Shown here: positions 1 to 9,085 of the stretch, piece by piece | Layout of the letters: each line of letters begins with the position of its first letter | Position numbering within the stretch: the stretch's first letter is position 1 | Virus record (IMG/VR): IMGVR_UViG_3300022932_000095 | Span: 1-54,784 of that record | Length of the DNA stretch: 54,784 nucleotides | Origin: a virus | Lineage: Duplodnaviria > Caudoviricetes | Reading direction: 5' to 3' (one strand) | Made by a program: the position numbers and the translations under genes | The notes under the pieces: model-generated | What the model was told of the DNA's origin: nothing | What the model saw: the letters and a program-made list of their open reading frames with translations, nothing else | Databases searched by the model: none

Positions 1-3000
1 ATAAAGATACCAGCTATCTGCAATCCGTTATTGCAGAACAGGGAATAACCACTATACATTTTGTGCCTTCTATGCTCGAAGTGTTTTTATTGAGCTGCGA
101 CCCACAATTGTGCAACGGGTTAAAGCGGGTACTATGCAGCGGGGAAGCCTTATTGTCTGACCAGGTGGCTTTATTTAAAAAAAGGCTTCCGGGTATTGAA
201 CTTCATAATTTATATGGCCCCACAGAAGCAGCAATTGATGTAACGTGCTGGACGGTACCTGATCAAACAGACCATATAAATAATGTACCTATTGGTAAAC
301 CCGTATATAATACACAACTATATATTCTGGACAAAGATGGCAATATCACTCCTGTTGGCGTAGCTGGCGAATTGCATATCGGCGGGGTGCAGGTTGCAAG
401 AGGTTATCTTAACAGGGATGTGCTGAATGCTGAAAAATTCATACAGCAATCATTTGCAGATACGGGATACAGCAGGATGTATAAAACAGGAGATCTGTGC
501 AGGTGGCTGCCTGATGGCAATATAGAATATGCAGGAAGACTGGACGACCAGGTAAAGATAAGAGGTTACCGGATAGAACTGGATGAAATCAGGAACGTGA
601 TACAACAGCACGGGCAGGTTAAGCAATGTGCAGTAATCGCAAGGAAACGTAGCGGCAACGAAAAAGAAATTCTCGCATATTATGTATCCAGACCTGGAAA
701 ATCATATCAGCAAAAAATTATATCCAGACATAAAGAAATTGGGACACCACAGGAAAGTACACTTGTAGAGCTGCCAAATGGCCTGGTCATGTATACTTAT
801 AATAAATCAGAGCTGCTGTTTTTGTATGATGAGATCTTTAAAGCAAATACTTATCTTAAAAACGGGATAACAATTGCAGATGGAGATTGTGTATTTGATG
901 TCGGGGCAAATTTGGGAATGTTCTCTGTTTTTTCTTCAATGGCAGCTAAAAATACCAGGATATATGCTTTTGAGCCATTGCCTCCAACATTCAATTTACT
1001 TCAGTTAAATACAGAGCTGTATGAAGGAACATTTACGGTGTTGCCTTTTGGTATTTCGAACAAAGAGGAAACTGTTTCTTTCAGGCATTATCAGAACGCA
1101 ACAATACTTTCAAGCCGGTATATGGATGAGGTGGATGTTGCCAATACGGTAAAGGAATTTATATATAATACTGAAGATATTGAAGAGGGAGATCTAAGTA
1201 AAGAAGGTATTGATCAACTGCTCGAAGAAAGACTGGTTGCCGAAAAATATGATTGTACCTTAAAAACTCTTTCTCAGGTTATTGCCGAACATAATATTCA
1301 GCAGATTGATTTGCTAAAGATTGATGTAGAAAAAGCAGAACTGGATGTACTGGGAGGTATTGAAGAAAGTGACTGGGCTAAAATAAAACAGCTGGTGCTG
1401 GAAGTGCATGACGATTCAGACGGTAGGCTTGATTATATCAGAAATTTATTATACAGCCACCATTATGATGTAGTAATTGAACAAAGTGCCAATATGGGCA
1501 GTGCACATATTTATGATGTATTTGCCATTTCAAAAAGCCGGGTAGCTCACTCTTCGGTAAACGCTGATTCGTTTACTATTGAACTGCCTGAATTTACGGT
1601 AAGAGGAAACCTGACTGAAAGTATCCGGCAGTATCTCGAAACACAATTGCCAGAGTATATGATCCCTGCATTTTTAATAGAATTGGAGGAACTTCCTTTA
1701 ACTTCTAATGGGAAATTAAACAGGAAAGTGCTTCCCGAGCCGGAACTATTTGTACTGGAAGATTATGTAGCTGCTTCAAATCCAACAGAAATAAAACTTT
1801 TGGAGATTTGGGCTTCCATTCTAAAAATTGATCCTAAGCAGATAAGTATACATGCCGATTTCATGATGCTGGGTGGACATTCTCTCAGTGCTACAAGGGT
1901 CGTTACTGCTATGCGGGAACAAATGCAATTGACATTGAATGTAAAGGACTTCTTTTTACATCCTACGATTGCTTCTATGGCGGTATATCTGAAAAAATTT
2001 GATACCGGACCTGTATTACCGCCTGTTACCGCTCATCAGATGAGCAGAAATATTCCATTGTCCTTTGCACAGGAACGGTTATGGTTTATCGACAGGTTGC
2101 AGGGAAGTGTGGCTTATCATATGCCTTTTGTGTTCAGGCTTAAAGGCGATGTTAATGTAGCTGTGCTGGAGGCTGGTTTTAAAGCTATTGTTGAGCGCCA
2201 TCAGGTATTGCGAACCGTACTTCAGGAAATTGAAGGAGAAATATACCAGGAGATAAAATCATCAGCTAACTGGAAAATGATTTACAGTGATGGTTTGCAG
2301 CAGGATGATAAGCAAGTTAAAAGCTATGTGCATGAGATAATCAATAAACCTTTTGATTTATCCGCTGATTATTTACTGCGGGCAAACATGGTTTCATTTC
2401 CTGGACAGGATTATCTTGTGATTATAGTCATGCATCATATTGTGTCAGATGGGTGGTCAATGTCTGTAATGGTCAAAGAGATGCTGGAACTTTATCATGG
2501 ATTTATAAATCAAAAAACATCCGTATTACCACCGCTGCCAATTCAATATTCAGATTATGCAATCTGGCAGCACATGCATCTTAAGGGAGACGCGATCAAC
2601 GGGCAACTTGAGTATTGGAAAAATCAACTCAGGGATGTAATACCACTATATCTGCCGTCGGATTTTTCAAGGCCTTCAGTTCAAAGCACCAAAGGTGCTA
2701 CAATTTATTTCAATCTGTCACAATCGATTACAGAAAAGTTAAACGCTTTATCACTTAAAGAAGGGGTGACCATGTTTATGACCACGCTTTCAGCATTTAA
2801 AGTACTTCTATATAAATATACTTATCAGGAAGATCTGTGTGTGGGAGTGGCACTGGCCAATCGTACACAAAGTGAAACAGAATCACTCATTGGTTTTTTT
2901 GTAAATGCCCTGGTCATAAGGAGTAAAATGAGCAAAAAAATGCCATTTAATGAGTTATTGCAACAGGTAAAAGCAGTTACATTGGAGGGATATGCGAATC

Positions 3001-3398
3001 AGGATATTCCTTTTGAAAAAGTGATTGAAGCAGTAGCTGGTAAAAGAGAGGTGGCAGGCAATCCATTAATACAAGTCATGTTTGTTTTACAAAACACACC
3101 TGAAATACCGGAGATTGAATTGGGGAATGTAAAGTTCACACCTGAAACCGTCGAAAATGTAACTTCTAAATTTGATCTGACCTGGGACATCGAGGAAACA
3201 AAAGATGGTATGCGTATCCGTGTAGAGTATTGTACTGATCTTTTCAGACAAGAAACAATACAGCGCATGATTTCTCACTATGAAAATATTCTTGCATCCA
3301 TTGTGGAAGATCCATCGGCGCCCATCAGGCTATTAAATATGATGAGCACTGAAGAAGAACAACAATTGATTTATGGCTTTAATGATACAGTAAAATAA
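1..3398 (+). CDS. NRPS, 5' end outside window: A domain (C-terminal part) with embedded FkbM-family methyltransferase, PCP, condensation domain
   Basis: Frame is open from base 3. A motifs NLYGPTE, GELHIGG..VARGY, YKTGD, GRLDDQVKIRGYRIE, LPLTSNGK. MTase motifs VFDVGANLGMF, YAFEP, IDLLKIDVEKAE. PCP GGHSL. C domain LSFAQERLWF and HHIVSDGWS. Confidence 0.95.
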   Translation, partial: KDTSYLQSVIAEQGITTIHFVPSMLEVFLLSCDPQLCNGLKRVLCSGEALLSDQVALFKKRLPGIELHNLYGPTEAAIDVTCWTVPDQTDHINNVPIGKPVYNTQLYILDKDGNITPVGVAGELHIGGVQVARGYLNRDVLNAEKFIQQSFADTGYSRMYKTGDLCRWLPDGNIEYAGRLDDQVKIRGYRIELDEIRNVIQQHGQVKQCAVIARKRSGNEKEILAYYVSRPGKSYQQKIISRHKEIGTPQESTLVELPNGLVMYTYNKSELLFLYDEIFKANTYLKNGITIADGDCVFDVGANLGMFSVFSSMAAKNTRIYAFEPLPPTFNLLQLNTELYEGTFTVLPFGISNKEETVSFRHYQNATILSSRYMDEVDVANTVKEFIYNTEDIEEGDLSKEGIDQLLEERLVAEKYDCTLKTLSQVIAEHNIQQIDLLKIDVEKAELDVLGGIEESDWAKIKQLVLEVHDDSDGRLDYIRNLLYSHHYDVVIEQSANMGSAHIYDVFAISKSRVAHSSVNADSFTIELPEFTVRGNLTESIRQYLETQLPEYMIPAFLIELEELPLTSNGKLNRKVLPEPELFVLEDYVAASNPTEIKLLEIWASILKIDPKQISIHADFMMLGGHSLSATRVVTAMREQMQLTLNVKDFFLHPTIASMAVYLKKFDTGPVLPPVTAHQMSRNIPLSFAQERLWFIDRLQGSVAYHMPFVFRLKGDVNVAVLEAGFKAIVERHQVLRTVLQEIEGEIYQEIKSSANWKMIYSDGLQQDDKQVKSYVHEIINKPFDLSADYLLRANMVSFPGQDYLVIIVMHHIVSDGWSMSVMVKEMLELYHGFINQKTSVLPPLPIQYSDYAIWQHMHLKGDAINGQLEYWKNQLRDVIPLYLPSDFSRPSVQSTKGATIYFNLSQSITEKLNALSLKEGVTMFMTTLSAFKVLLYKYTYQEDLCVGVALANRTQSETESLIGFFVNALVIRSKMSKKMPFNELLQQVKAVTLEGYANQDIPFEKVIEAVAGKREVAGNPLIQVMFVLQNTPEIPEIELGNVKFTPETVENVTSKFDLTWDIEETKDGMRIRVEYCTDLFRQETIQRMISHYENILASIVEDPSAPIRLLNMMSTEEEQQLIYGFNDTVK

Positions 3399-3407
3399 AA
3401 TCGGTCT

Positions 3408-4325
3408 ATGTCAGATAAAAACATGTCTATACCAGTAATTGATGATAATCAAATCTTCATTCAGTTGTTTGAGAAACAGGTGGCTCTTACACCGGGGAAT
3501 ATTGCCCTTGTGTCAGGAGGCGAATGTATTACATACCTTGAGTTAAATAATGCAGCTAATCGTCTTGGCCATTTTTTAAAGGCCAGAGCGGTTCAGGAAG
3601 AAAGCCTCGTACCTGTGTGCCTGCAGCGCTCTCCCCGGCTGCTGATCACTATACTGGCCATTTTAAAAACAGGTGCAGCTTATGTACCCGTTGATCCGGA
3701 ATATCCGGCAGATTACATCCGTTTTTTACTGGAAGATACCGGTTCGGAATTATTAATAACTGACCATTCGTATAGAGAACAGTTACAGCCATTTGTTAAA
3801 ACATGCATTGACTTAGATACATGTAGTGAAGCAATTGCTGCGGAGTCTGGTGAAAATGTAATGAATATGCTTACATCCGGCAATCTGGCCTATGTTATTT
3901 ATACTTCGGGTTCTACAGGTAAACCAAAAGGGGTAATGATAGAACATGGGAACCTGATGAATTACCTGGCTAACTGTATAAAGTATTATGTAGATAAAGA
4001 TGCAGCAGGCCCTGGAAGTTATTTAAACCTGCCGGGTACGTTTGATGCATCCGTCACTTCTATGTTTGTGCCTTTGTTAACGGGTACTTCAGTAGTACTG
4101 GCTCCGGCAGAAATTGCAGAAATGTTCAGAAACGGTTCATTCAGTCAGGATAAGGCATACCAGTTTTTAAAAATGACCCCCTCACATCTTCAATTGTTAA
4201 ATGAAGCAACCGGCAGCAGCAGACAGGGCTTGACTAAAAGACTTATACTTGGTGGGGAAGCCCTTCAGTATAGCCAGCTTAAATTTTTAGGTAACTATAT
4301 ACGAGTTGGTACAAATATAATATGA
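3408..4325 (+). pseudogene. NRPS adenylation-domain gene truncated at 4289 by the IS1595 element
   Basis: TYLELN, LKTGAAYVPVDP, LAYVIYTSGSTGKPKG, FDASV, ILGGEAL. Similarity stops before the YGPTE motif, and the last 11 codons (GNYIRVGTNII) are read from the IS end. Confidence 0.9.
4290..4312 (+). repeat. IS terminal inverted repeat (transposase-distal end)
   Basis: 17/23 inverted match to 7717-7739; identical copy at 54675-54697. Confidence 0.85.
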
Positions 4326-4350
4326 AAACCGGGTTAGATGCCCGGTTTTC
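4324..4350. terminator. Hairpin inside the IS end, probable intrinsic terminator
   Basis: GAAAACCGGG-ttagatg-CCCGGTTTTC perfect 10-bp stem; second copy at 54709-54735 just downstream of the major capsid gene. Confidence 0.7.
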
Positions 4351-4665
4351 AATGTTTAAAATACTTATATTTATGACATTTACATTATTAGGGTATAGGA
4401 TTACTTTCAGAAAAGAGGATAAGAACTTAAGAAAAAGGCAATTAATGCTAAACGAAACATCCAGGATGATTTCGGAGTCGTTCAGAAAATTCAGAGAAGG
4501 TAAAAATAGTCTATCTCTATAATATTATGACATTTAGAATATTCAACATATTAATCATCATTAGAAGATACCCTAGCAGTAAGCAACTAGCGGAGAACCA
4601 AAAAAGGCTTTTTGAATTAAAAAAAATGATATTCAGTCAGGGCTCGTCTCAGACATGATTTTTCA

Positions 4666-4693
4666 AAAAAGCCGACACTTGGCCGGCTGTTAT
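4666..4693 (-). terminator. Intrinsic terminator of the cargo operon
   Basis: AAAAAAGCCGAC-actt-GGCCGGCT just past the stop of 4700-5257; U-tract on the minus strand. Confidence 0.6.
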
Positions 4694-4699
4694 TGTTGT

Positions 4700-5257
4700 C
4701 TAAAATCTATAACCCAAGCCAAATGTGGCTTTATTATAGTTGTCGTATCCTATGTTAATGCCTACGTGTTTTGTCGCACGCACGTCAATAAAACATCCGC
4801 CAAATAATTTCTCTGACTCATGATGGGATGTACTATACAATCCCATTATATTGTTGTATGCGTTTTTGTAATTTATCTTGGTGCTAGAGCCAAGTCTACC
4901 TCCAATAGCCACACGTCCAAGCCTGTACCCTAAAGAGGCGTAAACGCCACCATTATTAGACACGCCTGTTTCATACACATCCTCAGGGAATGGATCATAA
5001 ATAGTTCCGTTATAACTTTCTCCATAAGCTCCTTTGTTTTTTAACGGCAACATTAATCCTATCCCAAAAAGAAAACCATTGTTGAAGTTCTTGTCGCTGT
5101 TATTCAGCACCTCCAAGCCTATTTCCCCACCGAAATTAGACGCGGTTCCGTAAATGCCTGTTAATGAGAATTTAAATTGTTTTCTAGATTGAGCTTGCAA
5201 TTGAGTAACTGAGAAAATAGTGGTTGCTAGAAATAATATGTAGAATTTTCTGTTCAT
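4700..5257 (-). CDS. Secreted outer-membrane beta-barrel-like protein (IS cargo)
   Basis: Signal peptide MNRKFYILFLATTIFSVTQLQAQ (start moved to 5257), alternating beta-strand pattern, C-terminal GLGYRF. Confidence 0.7.
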   Translation of the reverse strand: MNRKFYILFLATTIFSVTQLQAQSRKQFKFSLTGIYGTASNFGGEIGLEVLNNSDKNFNNGFLFGIGLMLPLKNKGAYGESYNGTIYDPFPEDVYETGVSNNGGVYASLGYRLGRVAIGGRLGSSTKINYKNAYNNIMGLYSTSHHESEKLFGGCFIDVRATKHVGINIGYDNYNKATFGLGYRF

Positions 5258-5301
5258 TGTTTTTGTCGTATTTAGGGTATATATAATTATTGTCAAATCA
5301 T

Positions 5302-5856
5302 CTAAAATGATTCTTGTTTGTATTTCATTGATTTTTTAAGCGAAGATATCATTAACTCACTCTGCTCTTTTATAGAGGCCAATATAACCCTGCTTATTCT
5401 CTTTGTATACATCTTCCTGTTTCCTGTTTTTTCTCCTAGGATATTACAAATTAATTCAGATGGCATAAAGTCGCCAATTACGTCCGAATTAAGAGCCATA
5501 TCGTATATTTTATACCTATATCTATTGTCTTTACATTCTATTTGAATAGTAATCATGTCACGACATGTATTTGTTCCGGTCATACTGTTATAGTAAACAG
5601 GTATAGATCCTTTGCCTATTATCTTTCCTTCCTCTTTATCTTCGTTCTGGATTACGTTTTTAGAGTTTTTAAACGAATCAATAAACCACTGTTTGCCGTT
5701 TTTATAAAGATCATCTTTACTCATTTCTGGCACATGAACCACTCCCTCATAAACTATATCGTTATCTTTGAATGGTAAGTTTATCCCAGACGTATCTTTT
5801 TGGGCATAAGAATTTGCAGCCATAAATATGCTGCATGTAATAACTAGAATTTTCAT
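5302..5856 (-). CDS. Secreted DUF4468-like protein (IS cargo)
   Basis: Signal peptide; MSKDDLY..KQWF...VIQNEDKEEGKIIGKG...IECKDNRYRYKI is typical of this Bacteroidetes family. Confidence 0.7.
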   Translation of the reverse strand: MKILVITCSIFMAANSYAQKDTSGINLPFKDNDIVYEGVVHVPEMSKDDLYKNGKQWFIDSFKNSKNVIQNEDKEEGKIIGKGSIPVYYNSMTGTNTCRDMITIQIECKDNRYRYKIYDMALNSDVIGDFMPSELICNILGEKTGNRKMYTKRISRVILASIKEQSELMISSLKKSMKYKQESF

Positions 5857-5885
5857 TTTTTTGTCGTATTTGGGTTTTAAATTAA

Positions 5886-6021
5886 ATGGCGTGGACTGAT
5901 ATATCTATATGCCACCCAGGGTTACGACGCCCCACCAAGACACAAAGAAACAGCCACGCCATGACAGCGTACTATTATGCTTTGTATTGTCTTGGTGCCT
6001 TTCTGTCGTAATTTGGGCAGC
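5886..6021 (-). ncRNA. Structured leader / antisense-type RNA upstream of the cargo genes
   Basis: Pairings ATGGCGTGG/CCACGCCAT, CCCAGGGTTACGAC/GTCGTAATTTGGG and CACCAAGACACAAAG/CTTTGTATTGTCTTGGTG. Confidence 0.6.
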
Positions 6022-6049
6022 AATACTAAACGTAGTACTATATCTTAAC

Positions 6050-6160
6050 CTACTTATTAGGTTTTTCTTCTTTCACAGATGCTTTAATCACCTCGTTAAA
6101 AGATCCTTTTATTTTTAGCTTGTAATCATTCTTTTTTGGTTTTGGTTTATCTTTTTTCAT
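6050..6160 (-). CDS. Small basic protein, 36 aa (MKKDKPKPKKNDYKLKIKGSFNEVIKASVKEEKPNK)
   Basis: Hand translation; co-oriented downstream of the transposase. Confidence 0.45.
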   Translation of the reverse strand: MKKDKPKPKKNDYKLKIKGSFNEVIKASVKEEKPNK

Positions 6161-6224
6161 TCCTTAATTTTTCAAAGTTATTAAATATTCAGTATATTTA
6201 TCATTATGAAAAAATTAAAGATAT

Positions 6225-6473
6225 TTATTTACCGCTTAAAAGGTCTCCTAGGTCTAAATCCTTTAGTGATACGTATAGATCAGATAAAATTACCGATCGT
6301 GCTTTATCGGAAATCTCAGAAAACATCTTAGTGTTTTCTTCATAGCTTTGACCATTGTTGATGTTCTCAATAAGGAACGTATTTTGAGCTGTAATCGCTA
6401 TGTGCGTTTGTACAGTTAGGATAAGGATAGCTTTGATCGTATCCCTAAGTCCATTGATTTCTAGTTCTTCCAT
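6225..6473 (-). CDS. Hypothetical protein (IS cargo)
   Basis: ATG ORF directly downstream of the transposase. Confidence 0.55.
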   Translation of the reverse strand: MEELEINGLRDTIKAILILTVQTHIAITAQNTFLIENINNGQSYEENTKMFSEISDKARSVILSDLYVSLKDLDLGDLLSGK

Positions 6474-6500
6474 AATATTTTAGTTTTTGTTTAACTAAAC

Positions 6501-7493
6501 TTATGAAATTAATTGCTTATACGTAAGTCTACTGTTCGAATTTGATAACGCATCACAAAATCTTTCTGAATCAGACAAACCACGTGTATTGTAACGATAG
6601 GTGAACTCATGGCAATACCTGCTGAGGTGTTTTGAACTAGTAAAATGATATACGCCAATAATACCACGTTTCAGTAGACTCCAGAACCCCTCTATTGTGT
6701 TGGTATTGTCCTCTCCGACTGTTATGTAGTTTCCATTGGTGTGCTTGATGGATGTGTGGGTGAATTTTTTTGATAATCCCCTATATGAAGGGTAAGCATC
6801 GGTTACTATTTTTGTTTTAGACTGGACAGAAGAGTTTATTATAGATTCAATTGTGTATGATGATGTATCTTTTGCAACAGAACAATATACCTTGCCGTGT
6901 TTAATTACGACTTTTTCTTTGACTTTACGGCCTTTTATTACTTTGTGATCTCTTTCTATGTATTCAATCACCTGCTTTTGAGCTACGCCTACAACAGGGG
7001 TTTTGTCTGATGGGCTTCTACCCTGAGAGCCTTCTATTTTCTTATTATCATGCCTGTTTTTATTCTTTCCACCAATATAGGTTTCATCTACTTCAACTAC
7101 ACTATCCAGCATCTCAGGAGCATTGTTAACTAACATGTGTCTTATTCTGTGCAAGAGAAACCAGGCTGTTTTCTGGGTTATATTTAGGTCACGACTCAAC
7201 TGTAAACTTGATATACCCTTTTTATGAGAGGTAGCTAAATAAATAGCAGCAAACCAATACCTTAGAGGTATTTTTGTATTTTCAAATACAGTGCCAGTAG
7301 TCACCGTGAATTTTTTACGGCATCCTTTATCCTTGCATTTAAAACCCCTATTGGTTACGTAAGAGCCCACAGTACCACAATGAGGGCAGCAAGGAGAGGA
7401 ACCCCATCTTTGGTACGCCAGGTAATCCACACATGTTGGCTTTTCTTTGAAGTGGTCAAGTAAATGTATTAGGCTTTTAAAATTCGTTGTCAT
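6501..7493 (-). CDS. IS1595-family DDE transposase
   Basis: Zn ribbon CPHCG..CKDKGC, HTH region KGISSLQLSRDL..TQKTAW, VEVDETYIGG, IVTDAYPSY, NTIEGFWSLLKR..HLSRYCHEFTYRYN. ORF is intact. Confidence 0.95.
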   Translation of the reverse strand: MTTNFKSLIHLLDHFKEKPTCVDYLAYQRWGSSPCCPHCGTVGSYVTNRGFKCKDKGCRKKFTVTTGTVFENTKIPLRYWFAAIYLATSHKKGISSLQLSRDLNITQKTAWFLLHRIRHMLVNNAPEMLDSVVEVDETYIGGKNKNRHDNKKIEGSQGRSPSDKTPVVGVAQKQVIEYIERDHKVIKGRKVKEKVVIKHGKVYCSVAKDTSSYTIESIINSSVQSKTKIVTDAYPSYRGLSKKFTHTSIKHTNGNYITVGEDNTNTIEGFWSLLKRGIIGVYHFTSSKHLSRYCHEFTYRYNTRGLSDSERFCDALSNSNSRLTYKQLIS

Positions 7494-7494
7494 A

Positions 7495-7662
7495 TTACCT
7501 CTGTCTTGATGCTTGTAATTCTATATTTTTACTTATCTTCTCTATGTGATCAGACAATATAACATCTGTACCATTGGTGTGGTTGTCTAAATGCTTCATT
7601 AGTATAATCAACCCGGTTAGTAGTCTGTACAGCTCTTTGTCGCTAAGTTTTATTACTTTCAT
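7495..7662 (-). CDS. Hypothetical 55-aa protein upstream of the transposase
   Basis: Hand translation MKVIKLSDKELYRLL...; its stop lies 1 bp before the transposase ATG. Confidence 0.5.
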   Translation of the reverse strand: MKVIKLSDKELYRLLTGLIILMKHLDNHTNGTDVILSDHIEKISKNIELQASRQR

Positions 7663-7716
7663 ATCCAAATGTATTCATCATATTAATACTAAAAGTACGG
7701 TAAACCGTAAACACAA

Positions 7717-7739
7717 GTCCCATCACATATATAAATACC
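7717..7739 (-). repeat. IS terminal inverted repeat (transposase-proximal end)
   Basis: Inverted match to 4290-4312. Confidence 0.85.
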
Positions 7740-7794
7740 TAAAATTAAAAAATATACCTTTTGCACTTCGTAACATTATAGTTACCTTTAACAT

Positions 7795-7941
7795 ATGGAA
7801 GTGAAATATTTAAGACCACACAATGGAAATAATATAGGGGACACTGAAAATGTACCTGATGATATTGGTAAATATTTAATTGTTCCTGGAGTAGCTAAGG
7901 AAATTATCGACAAGAAACCAAAAGGGGGCCATAAAAAATAA
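7795..7941 (+). CDS. Small head-associated protein, 48 aa
   Basis: Hand translation MEVKYLRPHNGNNIGDTENVPDDIGKYLI...; TAATG overlap with the connector gene; usual post-capsid position. Confidence 0.65.
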   Translation: MEVKYLRPHNGNNIGDTENVPDDIGKYLIVPGVAKEIIDKKPKGGHKK

Positions 7942-8387
7942 TGGATGCTTTATCTGTCATATCTCTGGCTGATGCTAAAGAGTATTTAGTAGTTGATTTC
8001 CCTGATAAAGACAAGGAGATAACCAGGCACATAAAGTCTGCTGTAGCCATTGTTGAGAAATATACTGATTACAGACTTTATCAAAGAGAGATATCTTATT
8101 CCATTGGTAGATGTGGATATGATGAAATATATGACTACCCGATTTTATTCCCAAGTGATACGATTACCGAACAAAGAATTTTAAGTTCCATAGTCAGAGG
8201 TGTACCGGGATCAATAGTCACCGCAACAGTAGGATACTCGGATACAACGTTAATACCAGAAAACCTAATAGATGCCTGTTATAAAATAATAACATATCTA
8301 TTTGAGAATAAAGACGTATATGAGGCTGATTTACCATCTGATGTGCAATTGTTAATAAACCAATTTAGAAGAAACGCAACTATATAG
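7941..8387 (+). CDS. Head-tail connector (HK97 gp6 / SPP1 gp15-like)
   Basis: ISLADAKEYLVVD..I..AVAIVEKYT..IPENLIDAC..IITYLFENK; synteny. Confidence 0.85.
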   Translation: MDALSVISLADAKEYLVVDFPDKDKEITRHIKSAVAIVEKYTDYRLYQREISYSIGRCGYDEIYDYPILFPSDTITEQRILSSIVRGVPGSIVTATVGYSDTTLIPENLIDACYKIITYLFENKDVYEADLPSDVQLLINQFRRNATI

Positions 8388-8389
8388 CA

Positions 8390-9085
8390 ATGGCAAAACC
8401 TACAAAATCATTTGATAATAAATATCATTACGATAGTGGAAGGCTGAGGCATAAAGTACAGTGTTTAATTGACGTGGTGACTGATGATGGGTATGGTGGA
8501 TCTTTTGTTTCCAGCAGCCTAGTTATTCAAACTTGGGCAGGCAAAGAGGAGGTTAGTCAGTATACGCAATCAGGATTGAATGCAGGGCAAACACAATATA
8601 ATTACTATCAGTATTTCATCATCAGAAAGCGTAACGGGTTCACGCCAAGGAAGGATATTAATTTGGTTTTTGAAGGTAAATTGTACATTATACAGAGCGT
8701 AAAAGAGATGGACGATCCATGTAACTTCTTAAGGTTACTTTGTGTCGCCCAAGAGGATCAAATAATACTGAGTGGCATTATTTATGCTGGCGGGTCAACT
8801 TTTGTACCAATAGATGAGGCTGGAGTTAAGTCCCTGTCTTATAATTTCACCAATCAAAGTACTGATTTTACATTCAATACAGGTCTCAATAGAATATTTT
8901 CAATAGCGATGAAAAATGACAGGTCAATCATTAGTGTTTACGATCAAACATCTGACGAAGACGTCACCGGCCTTTACATCAAAGGCTCTCCAATTGTAAT
9001 TGATGGGCTTGAATACGATATATATACAATGCAGAATGCAGTAGAATTTACAACGGCACATAACCACAGAGTAAAATTATCATAA
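8390..9085 (+). CDS. Head closure protein (SPP1 gp16-like) with C-terminal extension
   Basis: GRLRHKV..DDGYGG..WA..FIIRKR..YIIQSV in the first ~125 aa, then ~105 extra residues. Confidence 0.75.
   Translation: MAKPTKSFDNKYHYDSGRLRHKVQCLIDVVTDDGYGGSFVSSSLVIQTWAGKEEVSQYTQSGLNAGQTQYNYYQYFIIRKRNGFTPRKDINLVFEGKLYIIQSVKEMDDPCNFLRLLCVAQEDQIILSGIIYAGGSTFVPIDEAGVKSLSYNFTNQSTDFTFNTGLNRIFSIAMKNDRSIISVYDQTSDEDVTGLYIKGSPIVIDGLEYDIYTMQNAVEFTTAHNHRVKLS

Larger units (their letters stand above)
4286..4399 (+). repeat. 114-bp direct repeat, copy 1
   Basis: Identical by eye to 54671-54784. Confidence 0.97.
4290..7739 (-). mobile_element. IS1595-family element with passenger genes (3450 bp)
   Basis: Transposase at 6501-7493. 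Ends GGTAACTATATACGAGTTGGTAC (4290-4312) and revcomp GGTATTTATATATGTGATGGGAC (7717-7739) match 17/23. The left end coincides with the NRPS breakpoint. Confidence 0.85.

Noticed and set aside
4312-4319. Outward-facing TATATTTG promoter in the IS end
   Set aside because: A single 8-mer in AT-rich DNA without other support; could be chance.
5909-6118. ORF-track 69-aa protein on the plus strand
   Set aside because: It overlaps the structured RNA and a better minus-strand ORF, and opposes the local transcription direction.
6501-7493. Mu-like transposable phage
   Set aside because: The transposase is IS1595-type. There is no MuA/MuB pair or Mu-like gene order, and the phage has its own primase-helicase.
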